A DNA stretch of 63,207 bases, counting the filler, from Saprolegnia diclina VS20 (Eukaryota): NCBI RefSeq assembly GCF_000281045.1. It is 8 parts of 3 records of this genome, joined end to end, with 100 filler letters (N's around TTAATTAATTAA, not from the genome) between each part and the next. Parts side by side here need not be neighbours in the genome. Positions count along the whole stretch, not along the records: positions 43,456 to 54,974 come from NW_008246084.1; positions 55,075 to 58,682 come from NW_008246084.1; 6 more parts are not named here. The stretch is one strand, 5' to 3'. Position numbers and translations under genes: made by a program. Positions within the stretch are counted from its first letter, which is position 1. Each line of letters starts with the position of its first letter. Below are positions 45,574 to 58,131 of the stretch, piece by piece. The notes under the pieces were generated by a model. The model was not told where the DNA came from. It ran no database searches and saw only the letters and a list, made by a program, of their open reading frames with translations.

Positions 45574-47393
45574 ATGCTGCTCAACCTGGCGCTGCTCGCT
45601 GGCGTCGTCGCCATGGTGCTCATCTACGGCTACCGCATTGTCTCCAACTTCTTGCGCTTCGCCTGCCACCTCTACTTCCGCAAGATCACAGTCTATGGCA
45701 TCAACAACCTCCCGCGCGAAGGCCCAGTCGTCGTCTGCCCCAACCACCCCAACATGTTTATCGACGCGCTGCTTGTTGTGACCGAGTGCACGCGCTTGGG
45801 TCGCCCGCCGTTCGCGTGGGCGAAGGCCTCGCTCTTCAAGAACCCGATCGTGGCGCGGGTGCTCACGGCGCTCGGCGCCGTCGCGGTGTTTCGCCCGCCC
45901 AAGCCCACGGGGCTCCAGGACGTCGACTCGGACAAGACGCCCGAAGAGATTGCGGCCGCGACGCGGATGATGTTCAAGTGCACGTGGGACGTCCTCGCGC
46001 GCGGCAACGTTGTCGTGCTCTTTCCCGAAGGCACGTCGTACACGCTCCCGCGCATGCTGAGTCTCCGCACGGGCGTCATGCGTGTCGCGACCGGCTTTGT
46101 GAAGGAGCACAACACGCCCATCACGGTCGTGCCCCTTGGTCTGACGTACTTCAACAAGGACCATTTTCGCAGGTACACATCTCTCGGCCGGGCGAGATCT
46201 CATGCGCTACGATGTAGCGAGGTGACGCTCGAGTATGGCACGCCCATCGTGATCGACCAAGCCACGATCCAATCGGAAGCCTTCTTGGCCGACGAGCACG
46301 CCCAAGTCAAGCACCTCACCGAACAGCTTCAGGTACGAGTAGAACAATGTTATAACGGTTTGATTCTCATGAAGGCTACAGGAGCGCATGCACAGCGTGA
46401 CACTCAACGGCAACGACTTTAGCTCGCTTCGCATCGCGCGCATGATCAAGCGACTGTATGTGGGCGGTCCGCTGAGCCCGAAAGACGACGTGCATTTTAC
46501 GCAGCAGCTCATCGACCTCGTCGAAGGCAAGCTCACGACCAAGGAGACCGAACAAGTGTACGCCCCTCGTAGTTGCGTATTCGGGAAATTGATCGAGACG
46601 TAGTGTTTTGGACCAGCTCAAGACAGACGTCGTGACGTACCAAGCGAAGCTCGACGAACTCCGCCTCAAGGACGCCGATCTGCTCGTGTCGCTCGAGAAT
46701 GAGTCGCTGCTGCAGCTCGTGCTCGAGCGTCTCTGCTACCTCGTGGTGCTTCTTCCGCTGGCCCTGCCCGGCATCCTGCTCAACCTGCCCTTTTACCTCA
46801 TCGGTAGCCTCGGACTTGAGCTTAGAATCCGACAACTCACGCTTCGTAGGCAACAAGCTGAATGACCTCGCCGGCTTTACCGAGTCCAAGTCGATGTTCA
46901 AGCTCTTTGCTGGCATGTACGAATGTCGACACTGCACCTTGGCATGTATCAAGTTGATACTGACGCAATTCTCTTCTAGGGTGCTCGTGCCGCTGCAGTG
47001 GGTCTTCCTCATTGGCGCGGGTTGGTACTTGTATGGGTCGACGGCCGCGTACGCAGTGGCCATAGCCCTCCCGCTCTGCTTTTACTCGCACATCCGCGTC
47101 CTGGAAGAAAGCCGGTCGATCCTCGAGAATGTGTGGTTCCTCGGCACGATCGCGACCCGCAAGGACCGCGTCAACAAGCTCCGCGACGACCGCGCCCAAG
47201 TCGCGTCGACGGTCAAGGTACTTTGAATTGCGGGAATTCTCGAAGTTGCATGGGGCCGTAGGCGATTGTCGAGACGCTGGTCAAAGACCCGATCATGGAC
47301 AACGTCAAGCGCGCCGTGTCGCCGATGCACCAGACGCTGCGAAAGCGCACCAAGTCACGAACCGACCTTTCGTTTATGAACACGACGACCTAA
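45574..47393 (+). CDS. Glycerol-3-phosphate/phospholipid acyltransferase (PlsC domain, GPT2/SCT1-like)
   Basis: NHPNMFID (HxxxxD), AKASLF, FPEGTS, C-terminal TM helices; spliced. Confidence 0.88.
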
Positions 47394-47568
47394 CCCTCAA
47401 TAAGACGATCGGTGTACTTATAGCATATCGCATCGGGACGGCTGGTGGCGTTACTGGCAAAGCTGTTTGAAGAAGGCGTCGGCATACGCGTCATAGACAT
47501 TGGCACCTGCTTGCAGCAGCACACTCTCGCCGTCCTTCTCGACACGCAGACTCGCCGCGTTGGTCGTC

Positions 47569-48099
47569 TCACAAGGAAATGTCGTCGATGTCGTGTCGGA
47601 CTCGTGTCGTCCGGTGGACTGACACCAGAGTCAGCATCGTCGTTTTCTGCTTCCTCGCCCTCGTTGTCCTCTTCTTCGTCCTCGTCTTCGTCGTCATCGT
47701 AGTCACCGTTGCCATCGTCGAAGTCTCTTCTTCAGCGTCGACTGTGTCTGCCCCGTCGGTATCTTCGACATGTCCATCGGCGCTGTCGACGGGGTGCTTG
47801 AAGTTGACAACATCCAAGTCACGGAGCCCCTTTATGACGCCAGGTAGAAAGTCGAGACCGAGCTCACGCTGGAGGACCTTGGGCCAGTCGACCACGGCCG
47901 CGCCTTCGTTCACAGTCACTTCAAAGGTCGCGCTGGCCTCGAGTGCACAGACGTAAACAAGCGTCTTGGGGTGGTCACGCGCTGCGTACACAAAGCTCTT
48001 GGTCGTAAGCACACGCAGCTTTTCGCGAGCGCTGTCGCTAGAGAAGCAGCGTGCGACAAGAGAGCAACGGGGCGCCGACCGAGCGAGCATCGACAACAT
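47569..48099 (-). CDS. Hypothetical protein with mitochondrial-presequence-like N-terminus and acidic tail; probable frameshift
   Basis: MLSMLARSAPRCSLVARCFSS; a D/E-rich tail continues in another frame from about 47725. Confidence 0.5.
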   Translation of the reverse strand: MLSMLARSAPRCSLVARCFSSDSAREKLRVLTTKSFVYAARDHPKTLVYVCALEASATFEVTVNEGAAVVDWPKVLQRELGLDFLPGVIKGLRDLDVVNFKHPVDSADGHVEDTDGADTVDAEEETSTMATVTTMTTKTRTKKRTTRARKQKTTMLTLVSVHRTTRVRHDIDDISL

Positions 48100-49023
48100 G
48101 ACTGGTATGGTCTGGTGCGCAACTTTGAAAATGCGTCAAGTCGACCTGCAGCGGCCTACTAGTCTAAACTTGACATGGCCGATCGTTTGGGACTTGGTGC
48201 TCGGAAACTGGTTGGGAACGGGAGAACATGCCACGATTGTTTGTTTCTGGGGGTTTACAACCTGTAATCCCGCTTGGACAAATAACTAAAAGTCATAGCA
48301 GTAAAAGTCTCCAGTGACTAGCATGTCCTGCGACGTTGTCGTATACGGTGGCTCTTCACGAGAGGGACTGCTCTCCAGAACTCAAGTCTGACACCATCAA
48401 CGTCTGGCGTTCGATGAATCTTCGATTGTGTTGCTTGGACATAGAGATCGAGTTGCTATTAGTCAAAGCTCGGGGTGGCTGCTTGCCCTGAAAAAGGCGC
48501 CAAAAACCTCTAAAAATGTATGTCGCGTCGCTGCACGTGTAACGATTTTGCGCGCCAAAACCAACGTTGGCGTATCAACGGTGAGATTGGCCGTGTTTCG
48601 GCAGTGAATTTAGATCGAATGCCATCGAGACCATTGTACTCTTATGCGCGACCATATCGAGATAGACTCTTGAGAGTAACCTTCTCGTTGGAAAGCGAGC
48701 CGGATGCCCAGCCTAATAGCCCAACCACGTACTCGCTCATTCCCGACTTTTCTACGGCAAGCATTGGCATCTCTAATGAACCTTGGCGCCACCTTTCCTC
48801 TGGTGGTTGTTCTCTGTCTTGGTACCAGAATGCACTGGATTATCGTCTCTGGTCTGATGATCGTCTGGTCTCGTACGAGTGCCAGATTTGTGGAGGACAT
48901 AACGCGTATGTCATGGGAACAGCAAGCCAATCGTCGTGAATTGTCCATAGTTCACAAAATAATATTGATCCAAGATTGTTCTAAGTCTAACTCTAACATA
49001 ATAGTAATAGGGTACAGCGTAAT

Positions 49024-50007
49024 TTAAGCAGCAGGGGCCATGGTGCAGATACGGCACACGCACGGCGCCGTCGACGCCATGAGCCGCCAAGTGGGCGACA
49101 TGGCCGCGCCGTGTTTGCAGTGCAGCGACTTGTGCAGCTTCTCGCCGTCCGCGAGCTCTTGCTGGATGTGGAGGTGCTGCATGAAGAAGCCCGTGAGCGG
49201 CTCGCGGAGACGCGGCTCGACGCCCTCAAAGTCAAAGTTTTGTTGGGGTTTGAACTCGGTCGTAAGGAACACGACTGCTTCCAGCACATCGGTCGGTGAA
49301 AACGACCGGAAACTGGCGTCCATGAGCGTGAGGTCGATAAAGTAGAGAGCGTCCGCGAGTTGCGTCGGCGTCATCTCGGCCATCGCTGGCAACTTTTGGA
49401 AGCGCGAGAGCATCGTCGGGTGCAAAATGCGGAAGCCGAGGCGCTTGAGGATCTGACACTCGATCACGAGCACGTGGTGCCAGCTCCAGTTGCCGCGGCG
49501 GTGGCGCTGCTGCAAAATCTGCTTGACGCGGAGGCTCTCGATGGCGGCCTGCGTCTCGTTGAACTTGCAAGCGATCCAGATGCACGCAATACTGACGACC
49601 TCGAGCCACTGGATCGTGATCGGCTGCACCTTGAGGAAGCGGTCGAGCAGGTCGATGGCCATGTGGACAGTTTCGTGGGCGAGGCCGAGGTTGTTGGTGA
49701 GCGTGTACAAGGCAGCGACGTAGTAGTTGCGATCGTCGGTGGTCACGACGCGGAAGTGCTGCTTGGCCTTGGGCGCCCACGGCGCAGCGTCGACGTCGAG
49801 CGGCGTGTCCGTTGCGACCTTCGGCGGCACGTTCTCCTTGTTGCAGATCGACGTGTCGGCGGGCACGACGAGCTTGTGCAGTCGGCCACGATGGAGCGTG
49901 AACTTGTCCGTGAGCTTGGACAAGGCCTCGCGCTTGCAGCGCTTGCTGTCGCCGTCGGCGGCGGGCGACAAGCAGCGCTTCAAGCTCGACGGCTGCGCGA
50001 CCATCAT
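49024..50007 (-). CDS. Cyclin (A/B-like cyclin box)
   Basis: ETVHMAIDLLDRFL..SIACIWIACKFNE..IECQILKRLGFRI..PT; KEN box (NKENVPP). Confidence 0.88.
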   Translation of the reverse strand: MMVAQPSSLKRCLSPAADGDSKRCKREALSKLTDKFTLHRGRLHKLVVPADTSICNKENVPPKVATDTPLDVDAAPWAPKAKQHFRVVTTDDRNYYVAALYTLTNNLGLAHETVHMAIDLLDRFLKVQPITIQWLEVVSIACIWIACKFNETQAAIESLRVKQILQQRHRRGNWSWHHVLVIECQILKRLGFRILHPTMLSRFQKLPAMAEMTPTQLADALYFIDLTLMDASFRSFSPTDVLEAVVFLTTEFKPQQNFDFEGVEPRLREPLTGFFMQHLHIQQELADGEKLHKSLHCKHGAAMSPTWRLMASTAPCVCRICTMAPAA

Positions 50008-50594
50008 GGAGGAATGGAAAATGCACTTGACGACGCCATTTCAACCCAAGTGACCCAAGACCGTGTACCGTACGACACTTTTGGGGTCCAGTTTTGGCGG
50101 GCAGATTGGCGTGCCAGAAATATTCCGCCAATCAAGAGCGTGTATCACTGCATACACGTCGTTCATTGGTCCAAGCGTGTTTCAACCGGTAGGCTAACTG
50201 CAAAGTCGCGTTACACTTGCCACTTGTATGTAAACCGTTCGGTTGCACCTAAATTGCGGTTTTTAACCGCAGTAAAAGGCGGGAAGCGCGCGCTGACAGG
50301 CCACCAGATGCCGTCGAGGAGGCGCCATTCGCGCCGTCTCGTTTCCCGCGCTTCCGCACCACAACACGACTGGAGCGTCCGACTGTCTACGTGACAGAGC
50401 AAGCGACCACTTGGTGCAATCTGGCGCCATTATTAGTGGACCTGAAACGCTCCTGTTTCGAATTTCCACACACGATTCTCAGAAATTAGGCGCCAAACCC
50501 AGACCCGTTCCCGATACTAGTATTAGCTCGAGATGGCGCAGCGTCCAGCGTCAACATACACCTCCCGCAGCAATAAATAACATTTTAGATCGGT

Positions 50595-51904
50595 TTACAA
50601 CACCAGTCGATTCGGTCCCCAGCCGACGGCGGCGAGCGTGAACCCGACGAGCGGCCAGCTCGGGCGGTGCCACGAAGTGGCATGCGACGTCGTTTGTCCG
50701 ACCGATGAATTGGGCGGCGCTGGCGTCGGCTTGGCGTCATTCACCCACGTCGCCAGCGCCTGCACGTACGTGAGCACGCCGGCGTAGAGCTCGTCGCCGC
50801 GCGGCCGGATCATCGACGATGGCGCGCGAAAGTCGTGGCCGTCCATCTCAATAATGAGCGCCGGCGCACCGTAGAGAAGGTACATGTAGTCGCCAAAGCC
50901 GCCGTAGACCGGGTAGAGCTGCACCGAGCGCTGGTTCAGATACATGGGCCCCATCGCGCGGCGCGTCGCGTTCGCAAGCGTCGCAAGCGCATTGCCGTAC
51001 GGTGGCGACGGCTCATCTTCCTGGTGCCCGAACGGAGAGAGGACCCAGCCGCCGTAAGTGTGCACGTCCAGCGCGCCAACGATGCTCTTTGGCTCGCGCG
51101 CTTGCAGCCACGTATGAATAGCCAGCGTCTCGGGCTCGCTATACGGCGCAGTGCCCGGGTACACCTCCGTGTCCTCCTCTGTCTCGGCCTTGAACGACGA
51201 GGTCGGGCCAAAGTTGCGGTTGAGATCGACGCCAAAGGCGAGCGATGAGGCGTTGGGCACCGTGAACGGACGCATGTTTTTGCGGTGGTATCGGTCGCCG
51301 TTCCACGTAGCCACGTAGCCATCGACATTGACGATGGGGACGATGCACCACTCGTACGCTTCGAGGAGCTACCACCGTCAACCATGAGCGCCATGGAGGG
51401 TATGGAAGGGATGTACCGATAGCACCGTTTTGTTTTGAGCGACAACGTCGTCGAGGAGGCGCGCGAGGGCGTACACCGTCGAGGTTGTTGCGATCCACTC
51501 GCGTGCGTGCTGCAGCGCTTGGATGTACACGAGCTGCTTTGGCGGCGACGGCGACAGCGAAAACGTATAGGCCGGTATGTCCCGTCCTGTGTGTCCAATG
51601 AGCCGCCGAATCCTATCAGAAGTGAGAATGTACCTTGCAGCGTCTTGCCGATCGTCACGTTGGCCGACGTTAGGTGTGGCACGCGCGCTAGCATGGCCGA
51701 CATGAACGCAAACACATCGTCGTGGCGTCGAAAGCAATCAAAATACGCGCTGCGTGAAAAGCTCCCGACTTGAAGGGACGCGAGGTAGCCTACGGTGGCG
51801 TTGCTGCAGGCGTCAGCCGCGATGGCGTCGTCAAGCGGCGGTGGCTCGTACGCGGCGACGCTCAGCGCCATCAGACACATCAGAAACCTCAAGGCGACGT
51901 GCAT
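50595..51904 (-). CDS. M14 zinc carboxypeptidase, secreted, possibly GPI-anchored
   Basis: Signal peptide; QHAREW, HRKN, GVDLNRNF, SEPET, DVHTYG, IIEM; hydrophobic C-terminus. Confidence 0.9.
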
Positions 51905-52578
51905 GTTGACGCGCCAAATGCAAAGTGCAACGACTGGGATCTTTGTATCGCATCTTGCGTTGTTCCCTCGCTTGAACGACTTCAGCTATCAACAGCGTTT
52001 CTATGTATTATGACAATAGGCCAAAAAACATACATGTATGTCACTAAACCGAGGGCTTACGAAGGTGCTGGATATTGGTACTGTGTCGGACCGAGCACTC
52101 GGACCGAGATGCACCAACGATGTTACTTACGACGTCCGTCTTCTATCTGGACATACATCAGCGTAGGTCGGCCCGACATCTTTGCACAGCGATAAAGCCG
52201 ACCGCATGCTTCCCCTCGTCAAGCCTTGAGAGCTCTTGATGCAAGTCGACTACATGTACGAGACATCTGTCCAGCCGTGGTTCTCTGGCGAAACTTCCAC
52301 TCGACGATTATGCCGATCTCATATACACGGAAATGGCTTTACCCATGGACGTGTGGAGAGGTTGTGAGACCGGAGGTAGCATGCATTGCGGCCCAAAGGT
52401 GCAGAAGACGAGCATAGGCCCATAGTTCAGTCGAGTGCGGCGCATCTAGAAGAATAAATCTGGTTGAACTTGTCTATCCATCGATTTCGATGGTTCACCC
52501 AAGCGTCCTCGTGGTCCTCTTGCCGCGCACCCATGTATTCACTTTCATTTTTGCCTCGCGCTTCACACCTCCACCAAC

Positions 52579-53880
52579 ATGCAGTTCCGCTACCTCGCCT
52601 TCTTCCTCGCGACCGCTTCAGCGATGGCCCCCGAGCACCACCACCACCGCCACCACCGTCACCACGACGCTGAAGAGTCCTGCACCAACGTCAGCGTCGA
52701 AGGCGACAGCACGTACTGCATCCGCGGTCCCATCTGCTCGGGCTCGACCAACGGTAGCGGTGCGTGCCCCAAGAAGGGCGATACGGCCGTTGCCAACTGC
52801 GTCAGCAACATCCCGAGCTACGTGAGCGCCGGCGTGTGCAAGGCCAAGCGCGACGCGGTCTGCACCAAGCTCAAGACGGGTGCCTTTGGGTGTGCCTACC
52901 CGCGCGCTGAGACGGAAGTCATGGCTGCCGACGCCGAAGCCGCCTGCACCAACGTCAGCGTCCAGGGCGACGCCACGTACTGCATCGACGGTCCGATCTG
53001 CGGCGGCAACGGCGACAAGTGTCCCAAGAAGGGCGACAAGGCCGTCCACAACTGCCTCCCCAACCTCAAGAGCTACGCCAACGGCGGCTGCGTGGCACCG
53101 GTCGACGCCGTGTGCCAGACGATCGCATCTGGCGCCCGTGGGTGCGTCTTTGGCGCCACGCCGGCACCGACGCCCGTGACGACGCCGGCCGGCTGCACCA
53201 ACGTCAGCGTCGAGGGCGACGGCACATACTGCATCACGGGTCCGATCTGTGCCGGCTCGACGGACGGCAGCGGCGCGTGTCCCAAGAAGGGCGACCCGGT
53301 CGTCGCCAACTGCGTCAGCAACATCCCGAGCTACGTGAGCGGGTCGTGCTCCGCGCCCCGCGACGCCAAGTGCGTCAAGCTCAAGACCGGTGCGTTCGGC
53401 TGCGCGTTTGCACCAGTCGAAGCCGAGGTCCAGGTCGCCGCCGCCGAGACCGTCGATGCTGTCCAACAAGCCTGCACCAACGTGAGTGTCCAGGGCGACG
53501 CCACGTACTGCGTCACGGGTGCGATCTGCGGTGACGCGGGCGACCAGTGTCCCAAGAAGGGCGACAAGGCCGTGCAGAGCTGCGTGGCGGGTATCCCGAG
53601 CTTTGCCAACGGCAACTGCGTCGCACCGTCGGACGGCGTGTGCCAGGTGCTGCGTCCGGGCGGTCCCAAGGGCTGTGTGTTTAGCGCGCCGTCCGCGACA
53701 CCGTCCGTGACGCCGTCCGTGACACCCGCGTCGACGCCGGCGACGGACAACAGCAAGGTGTGTGCCGAGAACTGGAGCCAATGCAACGGTCAGAACTGGC
53801 CGTTCGGCGTCTGCTGCAAGAACGCGGGCTGGAAGTGCGTCAAGCACAACGACTACTACTCGCAGTGCCTCCAAGGCTAA
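52579..53880 (+). CDS. Secreted protein with four Cys-rich repeats and a C-terminal CBM1 cellulose-binding module
   Basis: Signal peptide; 4x CTNVSV(E/Q)GDxTYC..IC..CPKKGD; PT linker; WSQCNGQNW...CC..GWKCVKHNDYYSQC. Confidence 0.9.
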   Translation: MQFRYLAFFLATASAMAPEHHHHRHHRHHDAEESCTNVSVEGDSTYCIRGPICSGSTNGSGACPKKGDTAVANCVSNIPSYVSAGVCKAKRDAVCTKLKTGAFGCAYPRAETEVMAADAEAACTNVSVQGDATYCIDGPICGGNGDKCPKKGDKAVHNCLPNLKSYANGGCVAPVDAVCQTIASGARGCVFGATPAPTPVTTPAGCTNVSVEGDGTYCITGPICAGSTDGSGACPKKGDPVVANCVSNIPSYVSGSCSAPRDAKCVKLKTGAFGCAFAPVEAEVQVAAAETVDAVQQACTNVSVQGDATYCVTGAICGDAGDQCPKKGDKAVQSCVAGIPSFANGNCVAPSDGVCQVLRPGGPKGCVFSAPSATPSVTPSVTPASTPATDNSKVCAENWSQCNGQNWPFGVCCKNAGWKCVKHNDYYSQCLQG

Positions 53881-54028
53881 ATGTCCTTGTTGTTCTCTTA
53901 AACTTCTTGAATGTATCAACAACTTTTGTGTACTTCTATCCCGAGGCGAGTACGTCCATGTCCTAACCCTATCCCCTATTCATGACGTTTTGCCATATCA
54001 GAGTCCATCAATGTTGAAGAAATCTCGA

Positions 54029-54974
54029 CTATTCGTATTCGCGCGCACCATAGTTGGTCTTCAACGTCGCCGCATCTGTGCGGTCGCCCGCTAGCTTGGG
54101 GATCGCCGCCTCAATCTCGGCCAGCTCGGCAGCCGAGAGCTGGATCGCCGCCGCGCCCGCGTTCTCAATGAGACGCGCGGGGCTCTTTGTACCAGGAATC
54201 GGCACCACGTCGTCACCACTACCACATCGATGAGAGACCTGTAACAGTGTAGACGAAGATAAAATACCGGTGAAGGACCCAGGCGAGGGCCAGCTGCGCG
54301 GGCGTGACGCCCTTGGCCTTGGCGAGTTCAAAGAGCTGGGTCGCCTTGTTCTGCTCGAGGTTTCCATCAACAAAGCGCGGGTTGCGGCGGCGCATGTCCT
54401 TCTCCGAAATATCGTTGGTCGACGCAATCGCACCCGTCAAGAGACCGCGGCCGAGCGGCGAGTAGGCCACGATGCCAACGCCGAGCTCCCGCGCCGTCTT
54501 GGCGACCGAGTCTTCAATGTCACGGGTGTTGAGCGACCACTCCATCTGGATGGCCGAGACCGGGTGCACGGCGTGGGCGCGACGCAGCTCGCTCGACGAA
54601 CACTCGGAGAGACCAACGTACTTGATCTTGCCTTCGTCGACGAGCTCTTTGAGGGTCGCCATCGTCTCCTCGATCGGCGTCGACGGGTCCATGCGGTGCA
54701 TGTAGTAGAGATCCACCGAGTCGATACCGAGACGCTCCAACGACTCCGCGAGCTGCTCACGAATGAACGCCGGCTTGCCGCTGATGTACCGTTGACCATT
54801 GGCGTCGACGCCGAGTCCGAACTTGGTCGCAACGATAAACTTGTCGCGGCCAAAGCGCTTGAGAGCCTTGCCGACAAGCGCTTCGTTGGTGACGTTGGGC
54901 TTGCCGTCAATACCAAACGACTGGTAGATCCACGCCGTATCGATCATGTTGATGCCGAGCTCGAGCGCCTTGCC
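54029..54974 (-). CDS. Aldo-keto reductase; 5' end in gap
   Basis: IDTAWIY, ATKFG, DLYYMHR, KIKYVGLSE, AYSPLGRG, PIPGTKS. Confidence 0.92.
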
Positions 54975-56221
54975 NNNNNNNNNNNNNNNNNNNNNNNNNN
55001 NNNNNNNNNNNNNNNNNNTTAATTAATTAANNNNNNNNNNNNNNNNNNNNNNNNNNNNNNNNNNNNNNNNNNNNCCGCGGTGCAGCGCCAGCCAGCGCAG
55101 CGTCGCGCCGACGTACGCGTCGACGGCGAGAGCGACCTGCGACGGCGAGAGCTCGGTCGACGACATCGTTTGCTCGCAACTGCGACGTAAATTTAGCCAG
55201 GCCAGAGTGGCGAGAGCTGATTGGCTAAAATCATTGCGCATTTTGATTGGTCCGAGAACGTATCTTTGGCGGGCGCGGTCCAAAAACAGCACCGGACAGG
55301 CCGAGCGAGTCAGCCTTGGACCAGTCTTGATGGGAAGCGCAGAAGCGGCGCCAACGGGAAGGAATCTTCGCGACCGACGATCGTAGTAGATTGTTGCAGC
55401 CAAGGAGCGTTGCAAATGATGGCGTAATAGCCATTTACTACAGTTGAACTGCCACGAAGCAACGCCTGCAGCCGTCCATTCTGGCTGCATCGACGATGTT
55501 TCGTACTCCCAACTGCCAAGAAATGTCCTACCCAATCAAGTCCGGGTAGAAAGCGAGGTCCGCCGCCATCCCATCCACGGCCAAGGACCCATGTCTGCAA
55601 GTCTGCACTCGGCCGACGCCTGTCACGTATCCGGATCCGGATAAAAATTGAAACTTTGACGAAGCATTTCTCCCGTTGTACGGGGTCAACGAGCGTGTGG
55701 TGTAGCGTTTTGAACTCTCCAAAGGCGTCGCTAGCCATGTGCCAAATACGGGCGATTTCATTTCCAATCGTAGTTTGGCGTCTCGACTTCAGCGAGGTGG
55801 CGCGCCACTGGCCACACCATCTGTGATTGGACATAAAGGTATCATTTCAAATTTATTTAGCCAATCGATATATTTCGATCTGTCGCGGCCGCCTTGGTCA
55901 ACGCTCCATCATCACTCGCTCCATCCACACAACGAGTATTACTGTACTTGTAAGCTTAGTTGGCTCGTGTTTTGCACAATAGTAGGTACCGTCGCGATCA
56001 GCTTACCGTGCTCATTTGAAACTTCTCTTACGGCATTTATAATCTTAGCACAACGTGTTTGAAGCACTGGTTCCATGGCCGCCTTAGCACACGGTGAGCT
56101 CAAGGCTTGTCCGCTTCCTCGGTTCTGCGAACCTTCGTTTTGTCTGTTGGGATGGTACTCTTCTGGCGCTATAAATATACATGACTACGAACGCGCGATT
56201 CAAAAGCATTGCAATCGTAGC

Positions 56222-57817
56222 ATGAACACAACGCTGGACGACCTGGGTGTTGCCAAGCGCCCAGCGCGTCGGCCGCACCGAGTTGTACACCTTCTTCTCT
56301 GCGCTGGTCTTTTGGCCACTGGCATCGCGGGCGTCGTACTGCTCGTTCTCTACTTGGCAGAGCCGGCAACCGCCACCAGCTCGGACGGGCCACTCATGCG
56401 CTACTTGGAGAGCGCGGGTCCGTTCTCCGGTCAACTTTATTATTTTCTTCCCGTCGGCTTCAACGGCTCCGTCGCGGCGAATGCGTCGGGCTCGCTCTTC
56501 GCAACCGGGCACAGCAACTTTGATTACGACATCAACATGACCCAAGGAGCGACCGTCCAGCGCTACACGATGGTATCCGGCGCCCTCTACGTCAGCGTCA
56601 TCGAAGGCGCATCACAAGTGTCGGTCACGTGCGGCTCTGCGTCAACGCTACCGTCGATGGCGTCGGTGGTCGCCGCGATCCAAACCGCGACACAGTCCAA
56701 TGACGTCTCGGCGTGTGACGCTGGCTATATCGCGTACGCCACGACGTTCTTGGGGGCTCCGATGACGATCTGCCAAAGCATAGAACTTGGTACATCCTCC
56801 GGTCGAGATCTCGGTGGCATCACGCTACTTGTGCTAGCCATCACAAAAGCGATATCACCAACCCTAGTTGTTGCATTGGCCCGAAATACGTCGATGACGC
56901 CGCCCGTGCCACCTCGTCAGTCGCTCGCCTGCCCCGCGCTGTCCGAGGCGCTTGTCGCCAACACAACAAAGTCGCCGTGTGCATGTCGATCAGGGCGGCG
57001 ACCCTGTCTTTTCTTCCACGGCGCCGGCGTCGCAAACGAGTCATCGAGCCTTCTCGCATCATACGCTGCCTACTGGGGCAACGACCTCGTCGACGCGGCA
57101 CCGTGCTGCTCGTCGCTTCAGTTTGCGCGCTTCGATACGACAACCGTGCCGTGGACGTCGTCAGTTCTGCAACAGAAATTTTGTGCGTCAATGCTCTCGG
57201 TGGCCAATACCACGGGCAGCGTCGGTCGGCTCATCGTCGTTACGCACTCGATGGGCGGCCTTGTGCTGGGCCTCGCCCTCGCCAACGGCGTCTGCTCATT
57301 CAGCGCCGAGACAAAATGGGTCGCCCTCCACACACCCATGGCCGGCAGTCCCGTCTTGAATATGCTGCTCAAATCTTGTGCGATACCCAGCCTCTCGTCC
57401 GTGCTCGGGCTTCTCGGCCGGTGTCCGATCGCGCCGACATTCGCGTACATGTACGAGGCCGGGAGCTGGGAAGCCACCGCGCTCGGCTTGAACAGCTACT
57501 ACACAAGAGCGCAAGGCAGCTACAAGCGCTACGCCGACGCTGTGCTCTGCGGTCAAAGTCCCGTCGGTCTCTGGACATCCGCGTCCGGAATCATGACAGC
57601 GATCAATGCACTGGCCGCTCCGTCGACGCCCCATGACGGCCTTGTACGTGCATCAACTTGAGAGAAACGATGGTACGGGATTCGTAGGTCGCATTTGCAA
57701 GCTGCACAAGAGGTCTCGACGCGACAGCCTTTAGCGCCTCGTACAAGAGCAGGTTTTACGCAGCCGAGATCAACCACCTCGATGGCAGCTTTCGCCACGG
57801 CGACGGCATGTGGGGCA
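56222..57817 (+). CDS. Membrane-anchored alpha/beta-hydrolase-like protein of an oomycete family; 3' end in gap
   Basis: N-terminal TM; CLFFHGAG, VTHSMGGL nucleophile elbow, PMAGS, HDGLV, INHLD. Confidence 0.75.
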
Positions 57818-58131
57818 NNNNNNNNNNNNNNNNNNNNNNNNNNNNNNNNNNNNNNNNNNNNNNNNNNNNNNNNNNNNNNNNNNNNNNNNNNNNNNNNNNN
57901 NNNNNNNNNNNNNNNNNNNNNNNNNNNNNNNNNNNNNNNNNNNNNNNNNNNNNNNNNNNNNNNNNNNNNNNNNNNNNNNNNNNNNNNNNNNNNNNNNNNN
58001 NNNNNNNNNNNNNNNNNNNNNNNNNNNNNNNNNNNNNNNNNNNNNNNNNNNNNNNNNNNNNNNNNNNNNNNNNNNNNNNNNNNNNNNNNNNNNNNNNNNN
58101 NNNNNNNNNNNNNNNNNNNNNNNNNNNNNNN

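Noticed and set aside
48300..49000. Lower-GC intergenic ORFs (48520-48939 and others)
   Set aside because: No recognisable motifs and non-host codon usage; cannot support a gene.
52618..53922. Long antisense ORFs (also 11192-12253, 26289-27251, 49360-50394)
   Set aside because: Shadow ORFs caused by high GC3 codon bias opposite real genes.
55075..55167. Short ORF start MSSTELSPSQVALAVDAY running into a gap
   Set aside because: Probably a real gene start, but too short to identify or to link to the aldo-keto reductase across the linker.
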